From Lachnospiraceae bacterium (GTDB taxonomy: Bacteria > Bacillota > Clostridia > Lachnospirales > Lachnospiraceae), in assembly GCA_017449765.1 (NCBI GenBank), contig JAFTFE010000095.1, positions 1,326-65,325 of the forward strand: DNA of 64,000 nucleotides, in the 5' to 3' direction. The notes beneath the pieces are model-generated. The model was not told where the DNA came from and searched no databases. It saw nothing but the letters and a program-made list of their open reading frames with translations. Each line of letters opens with the position of its first letter. Position 1 is the stretch's first letter. Below are positions 47,412 to 57,526 of this stretch, piece by piece. The translations under genes and the position numbers were made by a program.

Positions 47412-48305
47412 ATGGATAAGATAGTGCTTATCGGAAGAAGCGTCGGTACATTTAATGAAATACATAGTTTTTTATCAACTCATTATGATGTCACGGTTTG
47501 TCCGGACAGTTCACCGTCTCTTGGTGCTTTGGTAAGAAGTGTCAATCCGGACCTTGTTATAGTTCATCTTATTCCGACGGCAGTTGAAAAGTACACGGCA
47601 ATTTTATGGGAACTTTTCTCTGATTTTAAGAAAATTCCGGTAATAACTATCGGAACTGAGAATGAAAGAGCAAACTATGATATTTTCTATTATGATAATC
47701 ATTTTGAGAATCTTTTAAAGCCTTTTGACAGCCGTAAACTGATGGAGGTCTGCGAAAGAAGAATCAATGAGAAGAATGGTGTAAATACAGTTTATGCAGC
47801 CGGTACAGCTGCGTCAGCTAATGCGACGGTATCCGGGACTGCCGGATACGCAGCGGCTTCGTCCGATCAGACAGCAATTAATACAGGTATAGCAGATGAT
47901 TTGTCAATGGGAACACCTTTTGCAGCAGCAGAGATAGGTGGTAAAAAGAAGGTGCTTGTAGTTGATGATGATCCGATTATGCTCCGCAATGTTAAAGCGA
48001 TATTAGATAAGCAATACGAGGTAATGCTTGCTGTATCAGGCACAAAGGCATTGGCTTCCATAGCAAAGAAACGCCCCGATCTTATCTTTCTTGATTATGA
48101 GATGCCGGTTTGTAATGGCAAGCAGACATTAGAGATGATACGTGCTGATGAAGATATAAAAGATATTCCGGTTGTATTCTTAACAGGCGTCAGTGACGCA
48201 ACACATATCAAAGAAGTGTTAGCTCTTAGACCTTCAGGATACATGTTAAAGCCTGTAAGTAAAGAGGATCTGCTTAAGAAGGCAGAGACGGTAATAGGGA
48301 AATAA
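47412..48305 (+). CDS. Response regulator with degenerate N-terminal REC and canonical C-terminal REC, no output domain
   Basis: VLVVDDD, LDYEMP, FLTG, LKP; Ala-rich linker. Confidence 0.85.
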   Translation: MDKIVLIGRSVGTFNEIHSFLSTHYDVTVCPDSSPSLGALVRSVNPDLVIVHLIPTAVEKYTAILWELFSDFKKIPVITIGTENERANYDIFYYDNHFENLLKPFDSRKLMEVCERRINEKNGVNTVYAAGTAASANATVSGTAGYAAASSDQTAINTGIADDLSMGTPFAAAEIGGKKKVLVVDDDPIMLRNVKAILDKQYEVMLAVSGTKALASIAKKRPDLIFLDYEMPVCNGKQTLEMIRADEDIKDIPVVFLTGVSDATHIKEVLALRPSGYMLKPVSKEDLLKKAETVIGK

Positions 48306-48317
48306 TATCCGTTTTAA

Positions 48318-48497
48318 ATTGTTGAAATGATAATGAGGATAAGTATTATAATGATTTTTGCGGGAAGGATAGGTTTCAGAGCGACAGCTTATGCAGAGAT
48401 AGGAGCGTGGACGGCAGCACTTCTTATGAATACGATTGTTTTTGTCAGAATTTTATCTGTAAGACTAAAGGGAACTATAGAATCAATAAAAGTATGA
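48318..48497 (+). pseudogene. Probable 3' remnant of a MATE-family transporter gene
   Basis: Translates IVEMIMRISIIMIFAGRIGFRATAYAEIGAWTAALLMN..., resembling the last two MATE helices; no RBS. Confidence 0.45.
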
Positions 48498-48506
48498 AAA
48501 AATATA

Positions 48507-48544
48507 ACAACTGCCCCCTATGGAAAACCATAGGGGGCAGTTGT
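48507..48544. terminator. Perfect hairpin between convergent genes (bidirectional terminator)
   Basis: acaactgccccctatgg-aaaa-ccatagggggcagttgt. Confidence 0.85.
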
Positions 48545-48554
48545 GCTATATGTT

Positions 48555-48797
48555 TTAGCTAAATAAACTTCTTACGTGTGAAACCTCTTCTTCGGTAGCT
48601 TTAGCCGCAGGAACATAATATTGGCGCTCTCTTGCAAGAGAGTAGATATTTTCCTGTGACATCTCGGCAGCGTTTCTGAACTGCTTTAAAGTGGTTTTAA
48701 GCTCCTTGTTCTCTGTCTGTGGTATCATATCAGCATATTTCTTTAATTCTGAGTTGATACTGTCTAAGGTATCGGCAACCATTGTTTTTTCTTCCAT
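48555..48797 (-). CDS. Spore coat protein (Coat F-like)
   Basis: Short helical protein: QTENKELKTTLKQFRN..YYVPA. Confidence 0.7.
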   Translation of the reverse strand: MEEKTMVADTLDSINSELKKYADMIPQTENKELKTTLKQFRNAAEMSQENIYSLARERQYYVPAAKATEEEVSHVRSLFS

Positions 48798-48821
48798 ATT
48801 AATCTTCCTTTCTGATTTTAA

Positions 48822-49007
48822 TTAATGAAGAAACTGCATAAGAGTCTGCTTGTTCTCATTTGATGAAGTTATGGCTTCCTGAAAGAAAGCTTTAATCTGT
48901 GGGTCAGTGGCTTCATTTGCATAAGCTGTCATCTTACAGCGGGTTGTTTCAAAACCCCCGATTAAATGACGGAGATTCTGTAACTCAAGTTCTGATAAAT
49001 TACTCAT
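48822..49007 (-). CDS. Small spore-coat-associated protein
   Basis: LSELELQNLRHLI..AYANEATDPQIK; AAGGAG RBS; co-oriented with the coat gene. Confidence 0.65.
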   Translation of the reverse strand: MSNLSELELQNLRHLIGGFETTRCKMTAYANEATDPQIKAFFQEAITSSNENKQTLMQFLH

Positions 49008-49074
49008 AATTTAAACTCCTTTTTTTGTTTTTATGATGAAAGTATTACCAGTAATTGTAAAAGTTATACATCAA

Positions 49075-49097
49075 TGTTATAGGTTTTGGCTATAACA
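49075..49097. promoter_or_regulatory. LysR-type (MetR/CysL-like) operator
   Basis: tgttATAG-N7-CTATaaca palindrome (T-N11-A) upstream of metY. Confidence 0.6.
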
Positions 49098-49204
49098 CGC
49101 TATCTTTTTTACGTATTAGACAGAATTTTCTTATGGTGCTATCATTTGCACATAGTCAACAAGTTAAATAATTGATTAAAATAAATGAAAGAGAGGAAAT
49201 AATT

Positions 49205-50512
49205 ATGGCAAAGAAAACAAGAGATCAAAGAGATTTTAAATTTGAGACAAAGCAGTTACATGTTGGACAAGAGGTACCTGATGCGGTTACTGACGCAAGA
49301 GCAGTACCTATATATCTGACATCATCATATGTATTCCACAACAGTCAGCATGCGGCAGACAGATTTGGATTAAGATATGCCGGTAATATCTACGGAAGAT
49401 TAACCAATCCTACTCAGGGTACTTTTGAAGCGCGTATAGCAGCGCTTGAGGGTGGTGTAGCAGCATTGGCAGTCGGCTCAGGAGCAGCGGCACTTACATA
49501 TGCCATTCAGGCAGTTGCTCATGCAGGCAATCATATAGTTGCAGCTAAGAATATATATGGTGGTACATATAACCTTTTGGCTCATACATTACCTGAATAC
49601 GGAATTGATACAACCTTCGTAGACCCATTTGATTATGATGGTATCGAGGCTGCTATCAAGGATAATACAACAGCAATCGAGATTGAAACTCTCGGAAATC
49701 CTAATTCAGAAGTGGTTGATATCGAGAGAATAGCAAATATAGCTCACGCACATAAGATTCCTCTTATCGTTGACAATACATTTGCAACTCCTTATCTTGT
49801 TAGACCTATCGAGTATGGTGCTGATATAGTTGTTCATTCAGCTACTAAATTCATAGGCGGTCACGGTACTACAATCGGTGGTGTAATTGTAGACAGCGGT
49901 AAGTTTGACTGGATAGCAAGCGGTAAGCATCCATGGCTTATCGAGCCAAATGTATCTTACCATGGTGTAAGCTTTGCAAAGGATACTGCACCTGCAGCAT
50001 TTGCTACATATATTAGAGCAATTCTTCTTCGTGATACAGGTTCAACACTTTCACCTGTACATGCATTTATTTTCTTACAGGGACTTGAGACTCTGTCACT
50101 CAGAGTAGAGCGTCATGTAGAGAATGCTCTTAAGGTTGTTCAGTATCTTAAGAATCAGCCATTGGTTGAGAAGGTTAATCATCCTTCTATTTCAGAGGAT
50201 GCAGAGCAGCAGGAATTATACAAGAAATATTTCCCTAATGGCGGAGGTTCAATATTTACATTTGAAATTAAGGGCGATGCTAAGAAGGCTCAGGACTTCA
50301 TCGACCAGCTGGAGCTTTTCTCACTCCTTGCAAATGTAGCAGATGTTAAGTCTTTAGCAATCCATCCTGCATCAACTACTCATTCAGAGTGTAATGAAGC
50401 TGAGCTTTTAGACCAGGGTATTAAGCCTAATACAATTCGTCTTTCAATCGGTACTGAGAATATCGATGATATAATCGAAGACCTTGATGAGGCTTTCAAG
50501 GCTATTTCGTAG
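49205..50512 (+). CDS. metY: O-acetylhomoserine aminocarboxypropyltransferase (sulfhydrylase)
   Basis: NIYGRLTNPT, VDNTFATPYL, HSATKFIGGHG (PLP lysine), LANVADVKSL, IRLSIG. Confidence 0.93.
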   Translation: MAKKTRDQRDFKFETKQLHVGQEVPDAVTDARAVPIYLTSSYVFHNSQHAADRFGLRYAGNIYGRLTNPTQGTFEARIAALEGGVAALAVGSGAAALTYAIQAVAHAGNHIVAAKNIYGGTYNLLAHTLPEYGIDTTFVDPFDYDGIEAAIKDNTTAIEIETLGNPNSEVVDIERIANIAHAHKIPLIVDNTFATPYLVRPIEYGADIVVHSATKFIGGHGTTIGGVIVDSGKFDWIASGKHPWLIEPNVSYHGVSFAKDTAPAAFATYIRAILLRDTGSTLSPVHAFIFLQGLETLSLRVERHVENALKVVQYLKNQPLVEKVNHPSISEDAEQQELYKKYFPNGGGSIFTFEIKGDAKKAQDFIDQLELFSLLANVADVKSLAIHPASTTHSECNEAELLDQGIKPNTIRLSIGTENIDDIIEDLDEAFKAIS

Positions 50513-50520
50513 AAATTTAG

Positions 50521-50816
50521 CGCAGTGAGTGGGCGGTCAGAGGGGATGGTATGCCTTAATTACCGGATATTCAGGCTCTATATGAAGTCTTCCGCTGACA
50601 CGTTCGCACTCTATGTTTGACGTAGGTCTACTAACCTCATAAATCCTTCAGAAATAGAAATATGGAGATTTTTACATGAATGTAAATCTCCATATTTCTA
50701 TTTCTTCTGCTTTATTCGCTAAGTAGACACGTCAAACAACGGTCAGCTTGAAGACTCATATAGCGCCCTCATATCTTGGCAATCAAGGCATACCCCTCTG
50801 ACCGACACGCTATGCG
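50521..50816. repeat. ~296-nt rod-like imperfect palindrome (element A)
   Basis: Nested complementary blocks, e.g. cggtcagagggg/cccctctgaccg, tgtttgacgt/acgtcaaaca and agaaatagaaatatggagattt/aaatctccatatttctatttct. Confidence 0.85.
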
Positions 50817-50898
50817 TGTGTATACATATAATAAATGCTGTATGTTCTGTTAGTTATCAAAATTATGTAATTTACTATAATTATAAATTGTAAGAATA

Positions 50899-51417
50899 TC
50901 ATACAATCTCTGCAAATACACCATCCAATGATGCAATAAATGCCTTCTGTACCATATCAGCAGGGACTATCTCGCCATTGATTGTCAGATCCATAGTTGC
51001 ACATGCATCTGCAACAAGCTTTACCCGATAGCCGTAATCCATTGCTGCTCTTACAGTAGTATCAACACACATATGAGTCATCATTCCGCAGACAATGAGT
51101 TCCTCTGCGCCAATACTCTTAAGATATTCATCAAGCTCTGTCTCAAGAAAACTGTTTGGATAGTGCTTTATTATAACTTTATCTTCGTCTTCGGGTTTTA
51201 TTCTTTCGGATATCTGCGCACCAAATGTGCCTTCAAGAAAAAAATAATCATCTGGCGGATTAATATGTTGAATATAAACTATTTTGCGACCGATTTTTCT
51301 GCTTTCGTCAATCAATTGTTTAATCTTCTTTTCAGCTTTTAATGGATTATACAATTCATTTGTCCCTCCGGGAAAATAATCATTTTGAACATCAATTATT
51401 ACTAAGACATCCCTCAT
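50899..51417 (-). CDS. Isochorismatase-family cysteine hydrolase
   Basis: IIDVQNDYF, KHYPNSF, GMMTHMCVDTT. Confidence 0.92.
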   Translation of the reverse strand: MRDVLVIIDVQNDYFPGGTNELYNPLKAEKKIKQLIDESRKIGRKIVYIQHINPPDDYFFLEGTFGAQISERIKPEDEDKVIIKHYPNSFLETELDEYLKSIGAEELIVCGMMTHMCVDTTVRAAMDYGYRVKLVADACATMDLTINGEIVPADMVQKAFIASLDGVFAEIV

Positions 51418-51550
51418 TGTTTCTATCTCCTTTATACTTTAAACTCCAAATAGTTTAACTTTTAATATACTAACAACGACATTTTGTTTTGTCAAATTAC
51501 AAATATACGAGTGATTGTCCAAGAGCTGTACTTACCACACCCATACTGCG

Positions 51551-52195
51551 CTAGACATTTATCTCATATACAAAAATGCGGAATCTTTTGTCGTCCTTTT
51601 GCATTATGTTACGACAGTCGATATCGGCAGTTAAAGTTATGCCGGCTATGGAAGACAGAAACATAATGTATTCTTCGGTAAGGTAGTAGAATATAAGTTT
51701 AATGTTTCTCGGACTTTTTATATATGAAGAAAATATATTATCAATCACAGGCTTCATAGTAGATATGGAGAATGGGCGAAAGAAAAAGAATGTGTCCGCA
51801 TTGACAGGAATAATATAGCTTTCTGCACTTTTATTAATAAAATGAACCATATGCTTTTGGGCGAATTTATTCCTGTTCTTTATGGCGTCATTATAGAATC
51901 TTTTGACTTCCTCTATGCCGGTTATCTCAATATTGTCACATTTATCTGCAAGGTAAAACACAACTCTGCCTTTGCCGCAACCGAAATCTATGAGATGTAC
52001 GGAATCATTTAACACACCGCTTTCAATGATTTTATCCAAAATGACATACGGCGTCGGCTGATACGGATAGCGGCTGTTGTTGGAATAGGATTCATCCCTG
52101 CCGATGGTATCTATCTGTAATAATTCATCTTGAAAAATCTCATTAAAGTCAAAGGACATATTCAGTTTTTGATTTTTATCAGGTTTGTTAAACAT
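51551..52195 (-). CDS. Class I SAM-dependent methyltransferase
   Basis: YQPTPY, IDFGCGKGR, FFFRPFS. Confidence 0.85.
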   Translation of the reverse strand: MFNKPDKNQKLNMSFDFNEIFQDELLQIDTIGRDESYSNNSRYPYQPTPYVILDKIIESGVLNDSVHLIDFGCGKGRVVFYLADKCDNIEITGIEEVKRFYNDAIKNRNKFAQKHMVHFINKSAESYIIPVNADTFFFFRPFSISTMKPVIDNIFSSYIKSPRNIKLIFYYLTEEYIMFLSSIAGITLTADIDCRNIMQKDDKRFRIFVYEINV

Positions 52196-52339
52196 ATTTT
52201 AATTACCTTTTTTATTTTGAAACTGCTGTGATATAATAAACATGGTCTGCCATGCGTTGACAGAATAGCAAATATTTTTTTGTTTGTCTACTGTGACAAA
52301 ATAAAATTTGTATATGGGAAAGAGAATAAGGTGTCGAAT

Positions 52340-53068
52340 ATGAAAGCTTTAAAAAGAATATTAAACAAAAGAAAAACTGTCATTGCTTTATTTTACATCT
52401 GTATTATTGTGTTTGTTTCTGCATGTAATACTTCGGAAAAGGAATCTGTAACTGACGATGTACAATTTTATGAAGAAGGTTTGAATGTAGTAAGACTTAT
52501 GGACGAAAAGCTTCATAATGAAAAAATCGTAAGTTATATGCTTACAGATAATCTTAAAGATACAACATATTATTCGAAGCTTATAAATGCTGACTATTCT
52601 GAGCCTGCCGGTATATATACCGTGGAATTACCGACAGGTATGGTTGATCTTGCAGCGATTGCAGGAATAAGCAGCGGATTTTCCATAAGTGATGCCGGAG
52701 AAATGTCGGAGGAACTGAAGGAAAGCCTTTCCTATCAGGCGGCAGCATCTTATATAACTATCTTGATGAGCAGATATTCGGGAGTTGAAGCGCTTGCGCT
52801 ATCTGCTTCGCTTAATACAAAGTATCTTTTTGTAGATACTTCTTTGGAAGGAAAAAATATGATGTGTATATATATATATAAGGATGCTTATCCGATAGCC
52901 GTAACATTTAGCGTGGGTAAGGATGGTGCTGTTGAGGCTGAGGGGAAATTTATTATAATAGATGATTTTAAGACGGAAAGTGTGGAGGATATAGAGAATT
53001 CGTTGTTTGGTTTTATTAAGGATATGGGATATGATATTAGCGTGGCAGAGATTATTAAGATTAAATAA
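52340..53068 (+). CDS. Lipoprotein of unknown function
   Basis: Basic N-terminus, hydrophobic stretch, lipobox VSAC. Confidence 0.7.
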   Translation: MKALKRILNKRKTVIALFYICIIVFVSACNTSEKESVTDDVQFYEEGLNVVRLMDEKLHNEKIVSYMLTDNLKDTTYYSKLINADYSEPAGIYTVELPTGMVDLAAIAGISSGFSISDAGEMSEELKESLSYQAAASYITILMSRYSGVEALALSASLNTKYLFVDTSLEGKNMMCIYIYKDAYPIAVTFSVGKDGAVEAEGKFIIIDDFKTESVEDIENSLFGFIKDMGYDISVAEIIKIK

Positions 53069-53192
53069 ATTTATTTTGCAGATGAAATTAAAAGATGGAA
53101 AATAAAGTGAAAACTATGAGCTATGGCATTGATAAAAAATGTAAATTTGTATATAATTATACGGAATAATTTTGATTACGGAGGATTATATT

Positions 53193-53795
53193 ATGTATAT
53201 TACTTGTTTGGATATGGAAGGTGTATTAGTTCCGGAGATATGGATTGCTTTTGCTAAGGAGAGCGGAATTCCTGAGCTTAAGATGACCACGAGAGATGAG
53301 CCGGATTATGATAAATTGATGAACTACAGATTGAAAATACTTAAGGAACACGGACTTGGTTTAAAAGAAATTCAGGCAACAATTGCAAAGATTGATCCGA
53401 TGCCGGGCGCAAAGGAGTTTCTGGATGAATTGCGTTCCATGTGTCAGGTTATTATCTTAAGTGATACTTTTGAGGAGTTTGCAAAGCCTCTAATGGAGAA
53501 GCTTGGCTGGCCGACCATATTCTGTAACTCACTTGAGGTAGCAGAAAACGGCGAGATTACCGGCTTTAAGATGCGCTGTGAGAAGTCTAAACTTACTACG
53601 GTTAAGGCGCTGCAGTCTATCGGTTATGAGACTATAGCAAGCGGTGACAGTTTCAATGATTTGGGAATGATTCAGGCAAGCAAGGCAGGATTTTTATTCA
53701 AGAGTACAGATCAGATTAAGAAAGATTATCCTGAACTTCCTGCATTTGAAGAATATTCAGAACTGCTTGATGCAATAAAGAAGGTTATAAATTAG
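53193..53795 (+). CDS. thrH: Phosphoserine phosphatase / homoserine phosphotransferase
   Basis: CLDMEGVLVPEIW, TTRDEPDYD, LSDTF, GDSFND. Confidence 0.93.
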   Translation: MYITCLDMEGVLVPEIWIAFAKESGIPELKMTTRDEPDYDKLMNYRLKILKEHGLGLKEIQATIAKIDPMPGAKEFLDELRSMCQVIILSDTFEEFAKPLMEKLGWPTIFCNSLEVAENGEITGFKMRCEKSKLTTVKALQSIGYETIASGDSFNDLGMIQASKAGFLFKSTDQIKKDYPELPAFEEYSELLDAIKKVIN

Positions 53796-53806
53796 TTGGG
53801 AGGTTT

Positions 53807-54733
53807 ATGATGACTGGTAAGAAGGACAATAATGTATGGTCTAAGATAGATAAGATTCCAAAGAAATATGCGAGTGACAATATAACCAAGGGATGTCTTG
53901 TGTTGGAAGGTGGAGCATTCAGAGGAGTTTTCACAAATGCGGTTGTTGACTATCTTATGTATTCGGATATTAATCTGGAATGTGTGGTAGGTGTTTCTGC
54001 GGGCGCGTTGAATGGACTAAATTATCTGGCTGGACAGATAGGAAGAGGCGGCAGAGTTAATCTTACCTACAGACATGATTCAAGATATGTCGGATTAAAA
54101 GCTGCAAAATCGAGTAAGGGTGTATATGGCTTTGATTTTGTGTTTAATGAGTTTAACGAGATAGAGCCTTTGAATGTTGAAAGGATAAACAGCGGCAAGC
54201 AGCGTCTTGTTGCAGTTGCTACAGCCATGAAGGATGGTAAGCCGGCTTATTTTGAGCTTGGTAAAACTCCGGATATATATCAGGCAGTTAGGGCTTCGGC
54301 TTCCATGCCGTTTGTATCAAAACCTGTTATCGTAGAAGGAGAGAAATATCTTGACGGTGGAAGCGGAGATAAAATACCGTTTCAGTGGGCATTAGACCAA
54401 GGCTATGACAAGGTAATAGTTGTATCAACAAGATCGAAAGGATATCGCAAGGACGAGAGCACGAAGAATGCAGACAGGGTAAGACGCTTTTACAGCAGAT
54501 ATCCTGAGTTTGCTGAGGGACTTGTAAATGTCAATCATTTTGAGAATACTCAGCGTGCTGAAATGGAAAGATTGGCAGATGAAGGAAAGATATACGTTAT
54601 CTATCCTGATGAATTTATAAATGAAATTGGTCGTTTAGAAGGTGATATGGAGAAACTTGGACACCTTTATTATCTGGGGTATAAGATTACAAAGGAACAT
54701 ATCGGGGAGATTAAAGAATTCTTATTGAAATAA
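53807..54733 (+). CDS. Patatin-like phospholipase
   Basis: LEGGAFRG, GVSAG, YLDGG. Confidence 0.92.
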   Translation: MMTGKKDNNVWSKIDKIPKKYASDNITKGCLVLEGGAFRGVFTNAVVDYLMYSDINLECVVGVSAGALNGLNYLAGQIGRGGRVNLTYRHDSRYVGLKAAKSSKGVYGFDFVFNEFNEIEPLNVERINSGKQRLVAVATAMKDGKPAYFELGKTPDIYQAVRASASMPFVSKPVIVEGEKYLDGGSGDKIPFQWALDQGYDKVIVVSTRSKGYRKDESTKNADRVRRFYSRYPEFAEGLVNVNHFENTQRAEMERLADEGKIYVIYPDEFINEIGRLEGDMEKLGHLYYLGYKITKEHIGEIKEFLLK

Positions 54734-54797
54734 TGGTTTAATAATTGTATTTTAGTAATTCGACTTTTTAATGTTATTTTGGAATTTCGGAGGAAAT

Positions 54798-57323
54798 ATG
54801 AACTTTTCAAATATTATGAGCTTCAAGGGTACATGGCGCAATTATCAGGCGCGTGTATTGGAACATTCTCAAAAATATATCGCTGATGGGAAAATACATA
54901 TAGTGGCAGCACCGGGCTCGGGTAAGACAACGCTTGGCATAGAGCTTATCGCGAGACTGTCTGAGCCTGCTCTTATTCTTACGCCGTCTATAACAATCAG
55001 AGAACAGTGGGAGGCACGCATTACAGAGGCTTTCTTAAATGACGGCTTAAATCCGAAGGATTATATATCGCAGGATTTGAAGGATGTAAAAGTAATTACA
55101 ATATCTACATATCAGGCACTTCACAGTGCGATGAATCATTACAAGGGTATATTGGATGAGGATGAGACTGCGACAAATAATGTCAGGGAAGAAGTCGACT
55201 ATGTCGGTTTTGACGTGGTTGCCGAGATGAAGAATAACGGCATTAAGGTGCTGTGTCTTGATGAGTGCCATCACCTTCGTACTGAATGGTGGAAGGCTCT
55301 TGAGGAATTCAAGTCTTCCCTTAATGCGCCTAAGATTATAGCGCTTACAGCGACTCCGCCTTATGATTCAACGCCTGAGCTATGGAACAGATATATGGAT
55401 ATGTGCGGTGAAATCGACGAGGAGATAGCTATACCTGAATTGGTTAAAGAAGGAAGCTTATGTCCTCATCAGGACTTTGTGTACTTTAATTATCCGACTG
55501 AGGAAGAGATTGCCGAGATAGATAAATTCAAGGAAAGAAGCAGGCAGTTTCAGGAGAGAATAAAAAACGATACTGAGTTCAAAAATGTTATCAGAACATA
55601 TTCGGGAAATCAGAAGAATATCAATGAAAGAAATATAGACAGTGAGGCAAAGCTTGAAGGTATATTGCAGAATTTATTATATGAGGAACCGGAGGCTTAT
55701 ACATGTGAGGAAGGTTATCAGGATAACCTTGAGGCAGAGCTTAAGAAATCAGGTCTTATCGAGAAAAAACAGGTATGCCTTACTATAAATGAAAATATAG
55801 AAAAACTTTTAATGACTTCAAAAGGTAAATGTAAGAGTATAAAAGAGGTGGCAAAGTCGGAGTATAAAGGCTTCGGTGATAAGCTTCGTATGCTTATTCT
55901 TACAGATTATATAAGGAAAGAGTATGAGAAAGTGCTTGGTACTGATGAGGATGTAACCTCGCTTGGTGTACTGCCTTTCTTTGAACAGTTAAGGCGCGAA
56001 GCGGATGATATAGGCGGAGTAAGGCTTGGCGTCTTATGCGGAACCATAGTTATCATTCCGGCGGAGGCAAAGGATGCACTTGTGGAAGCTGTAGGTGATA
56101 CGGGCAAGATAACATTTTCTAAAGTGGGGGCTCTTGATGAGAATGATTATGTTAAGGTAAATGCAATTGGGGATGCACATTTTCTTACGGCAGCAGTAAC
56201 GGATATTTTTACCAAAGGACATATTCAGATAATTATAGGTACAAAATCACTGCTTGGAGAGGGGTGGGATTCACCTTGTATAAATTCGCTTATATTAGCA
56301 AGTTTTGTAGGTGCATTTATGCTTAGTAATCAGATGCGTGGACGTGCCATAAGAGTGTATAAGCCTGAGCCGGATAAGACAAGTAATATATGGCATCTCG
56401 TGTGTCTTCTTCCGTCAAAATATAAGGATGAAGCAGGAGAAAACAGTGCTGATTATAAGCTGCTTGTGCGTCGTATGGATAATTTCCTGGGACTTCATTA
56501 CGAGGAAGATGTAATAGAAAATGGTATAGAAAGGCTTTCAATCATTAAAACTCCGTTCAGTGAAGAAAATGTAAGTGCAATTAATGCTAAGATGCTTGAA
56601 TTTTCAAATAATAGAAATAACCTTAAGGAGAGGTGGCACACTGCACTTGATAAGTCGGAGGCTATGGAGGTTGCAGAGGAAACCGCTGTAGCTGATGATG
56701 CCATATCTGAGACTGCCTTTAAGAAGAATAAGAAGAAATCTGTGCTTGCCGGTCTTGGAACTGTGGCAGGTATTGGTCTATCATTTACACCAATTGGTGC
56801 TATAGGTCTTGGACTTGCGGGTTTTTCCGTTGCGTATGGTCTTGCCAATTCAAGTAAGAATAAGAAGCTGAAGACTCCACAGAACAGATTGAAGACCGTT
56901 GGTGAGGCTATGTATAAGGCGCTTAGAGATAATAATTTATTGGAAGAAAAGGACGGTAAGGTCATAGTAGAGGATGGCAACAGGAATAAGAAGCTTATTT
57001 ATCTTAGCAGCACAAGTAGCAGAGATAAGCTTTTATATTCTAATTGTATCAATCAGTTTTTTGCCCCGATTAATAATCAGCGCTACATATTGGCGAAGTC
57101 AGGAAAACGTGATGGAAATGATGCATTTTATTCCATCCCCGATATATTTGCAAAAAATAAAGAGAGTGCCGAGGCATTTTACAGTTATATAAGCTCATAT
57201 ATAGGGCAATATGAACTTTGCTATACAAGGAATGATAACGGAAAGGCACTTCTTGCAGAAGGTCGTGAGAAGTCGCAGGCAGATAAGGCGGCAAGAAGCA
57301 GTACTAGCAAGAGACTAAGATAA
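54798..57323 (+). CDS. Superfamily 2 (DEAD/DEAH, ResIII-like) helicase with C-terminal hydrophobic hairpin
   Basis: APGSGKT, DECHH, LTATP, LGEGWD, QMRGRAIR. Confidence 0.9.
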   Translation: MNFSNIMSFKGTWRNYQARVLEHSQKYIADGKIHIVAAPGSGKTTLGIELIARLSEPALILTPSITIREQWEARITEAFLNDGLNPKDYISQDLKDVKVITISTYQALHSAMNHYKGILDEDETATNNVREEVDYVGFDVVAEMKNNGIKVLCLDECHHLRTEWWKALEEFKSSLNAPKIIALTATPPYDSTPELWNRYMDMCGEIDEEIAIPELVKEGSLCPHQDFVYFNYPTEEEIAEIDKFKERSRQFQERIKNDTEFKNVIRTYSGNQKNINERNIDSEAKLEGILQNLLYEEPEAYTCEEGYQDNLEAELKKSGLIEKKQVCLTINENIEKLLMTSKGKCKSIKEVAKSEYKGFGDKLRMLILTDYIRKEYEKVLGTDEDVTSLGVLPFFEQLRREADDIGGVRLGVLCGTIVIIPAEAKDALVEAVGDTGKITFSKVGALDENDYVKVNAIGDAHFLTAAVTDIFTKGHIQIIIGTKSLLGEGWDSPCINSLILASFVGAFMLSNQMRGRAIRVYKPEPDKTSNIWHLVCLLPSKYKDEAGENSADYKLLVRRMDNFLGLHYEEDVIENGIERLSIIKTPFSEENVSAINAKMLEFSNNRNNLKERWHTALDKSEAMEVAEETAVADDAISETAFKKNKKKSVLAGLGTVAGIGLSFTPIGAIGLGLAGFSVAYGLANSSKNKKLKTPQNRLKTVGEAMYKALRDNNLLEEKDGKVIVEDGNRNKKLIYLSSTSSRDKLLYSNCINQFFAPINNQRYILAKSGKRDGNDAFYSIPDIFAKNKESAEAFYSYISSYIGQYELCYTRNDNGKALLAEGREKSQADKAARSSTSKRLR

Positions 57324-57365
57324 AGAAAAATTTACTCTTTAATATTAAGTCCGTTTGTGATAAAA

Positions 57366-57488
57366 TAACGAGCAAAAGCGAAAACCAAGCGGCGACGAAG
57401 TCGACATTTGAGTTTTTCGCGGCGAGTTATCGAGCAAGCCGTCCGCGAAGCAGACAGTCGAGCATCGAAGATGCGAGCTTGCGAGATA
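57366..57488. repeat. GC-rich structured element with nested CGAGC...GCGAG stems upstream of carB
   Basis: taacgagc...gcgagtta, tcgagcaagc...gcttgcgaga and tcgagcatc-gaa-gatgcgag; related to 44430-44500. Confidence 0.65.
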
Positions 57489-57526
57489 AGAGAGTGAAAA
57501 TGCACTGGGAAAAGGAGATTAAAGCT

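Noticed and set aside
57366-57488. PyrR attenuator or known riboswitch upstream of carB
   Set aside because: No recognisable PyrR-binding loop or U-tailed terminator; it resembles the 44430 element instead.
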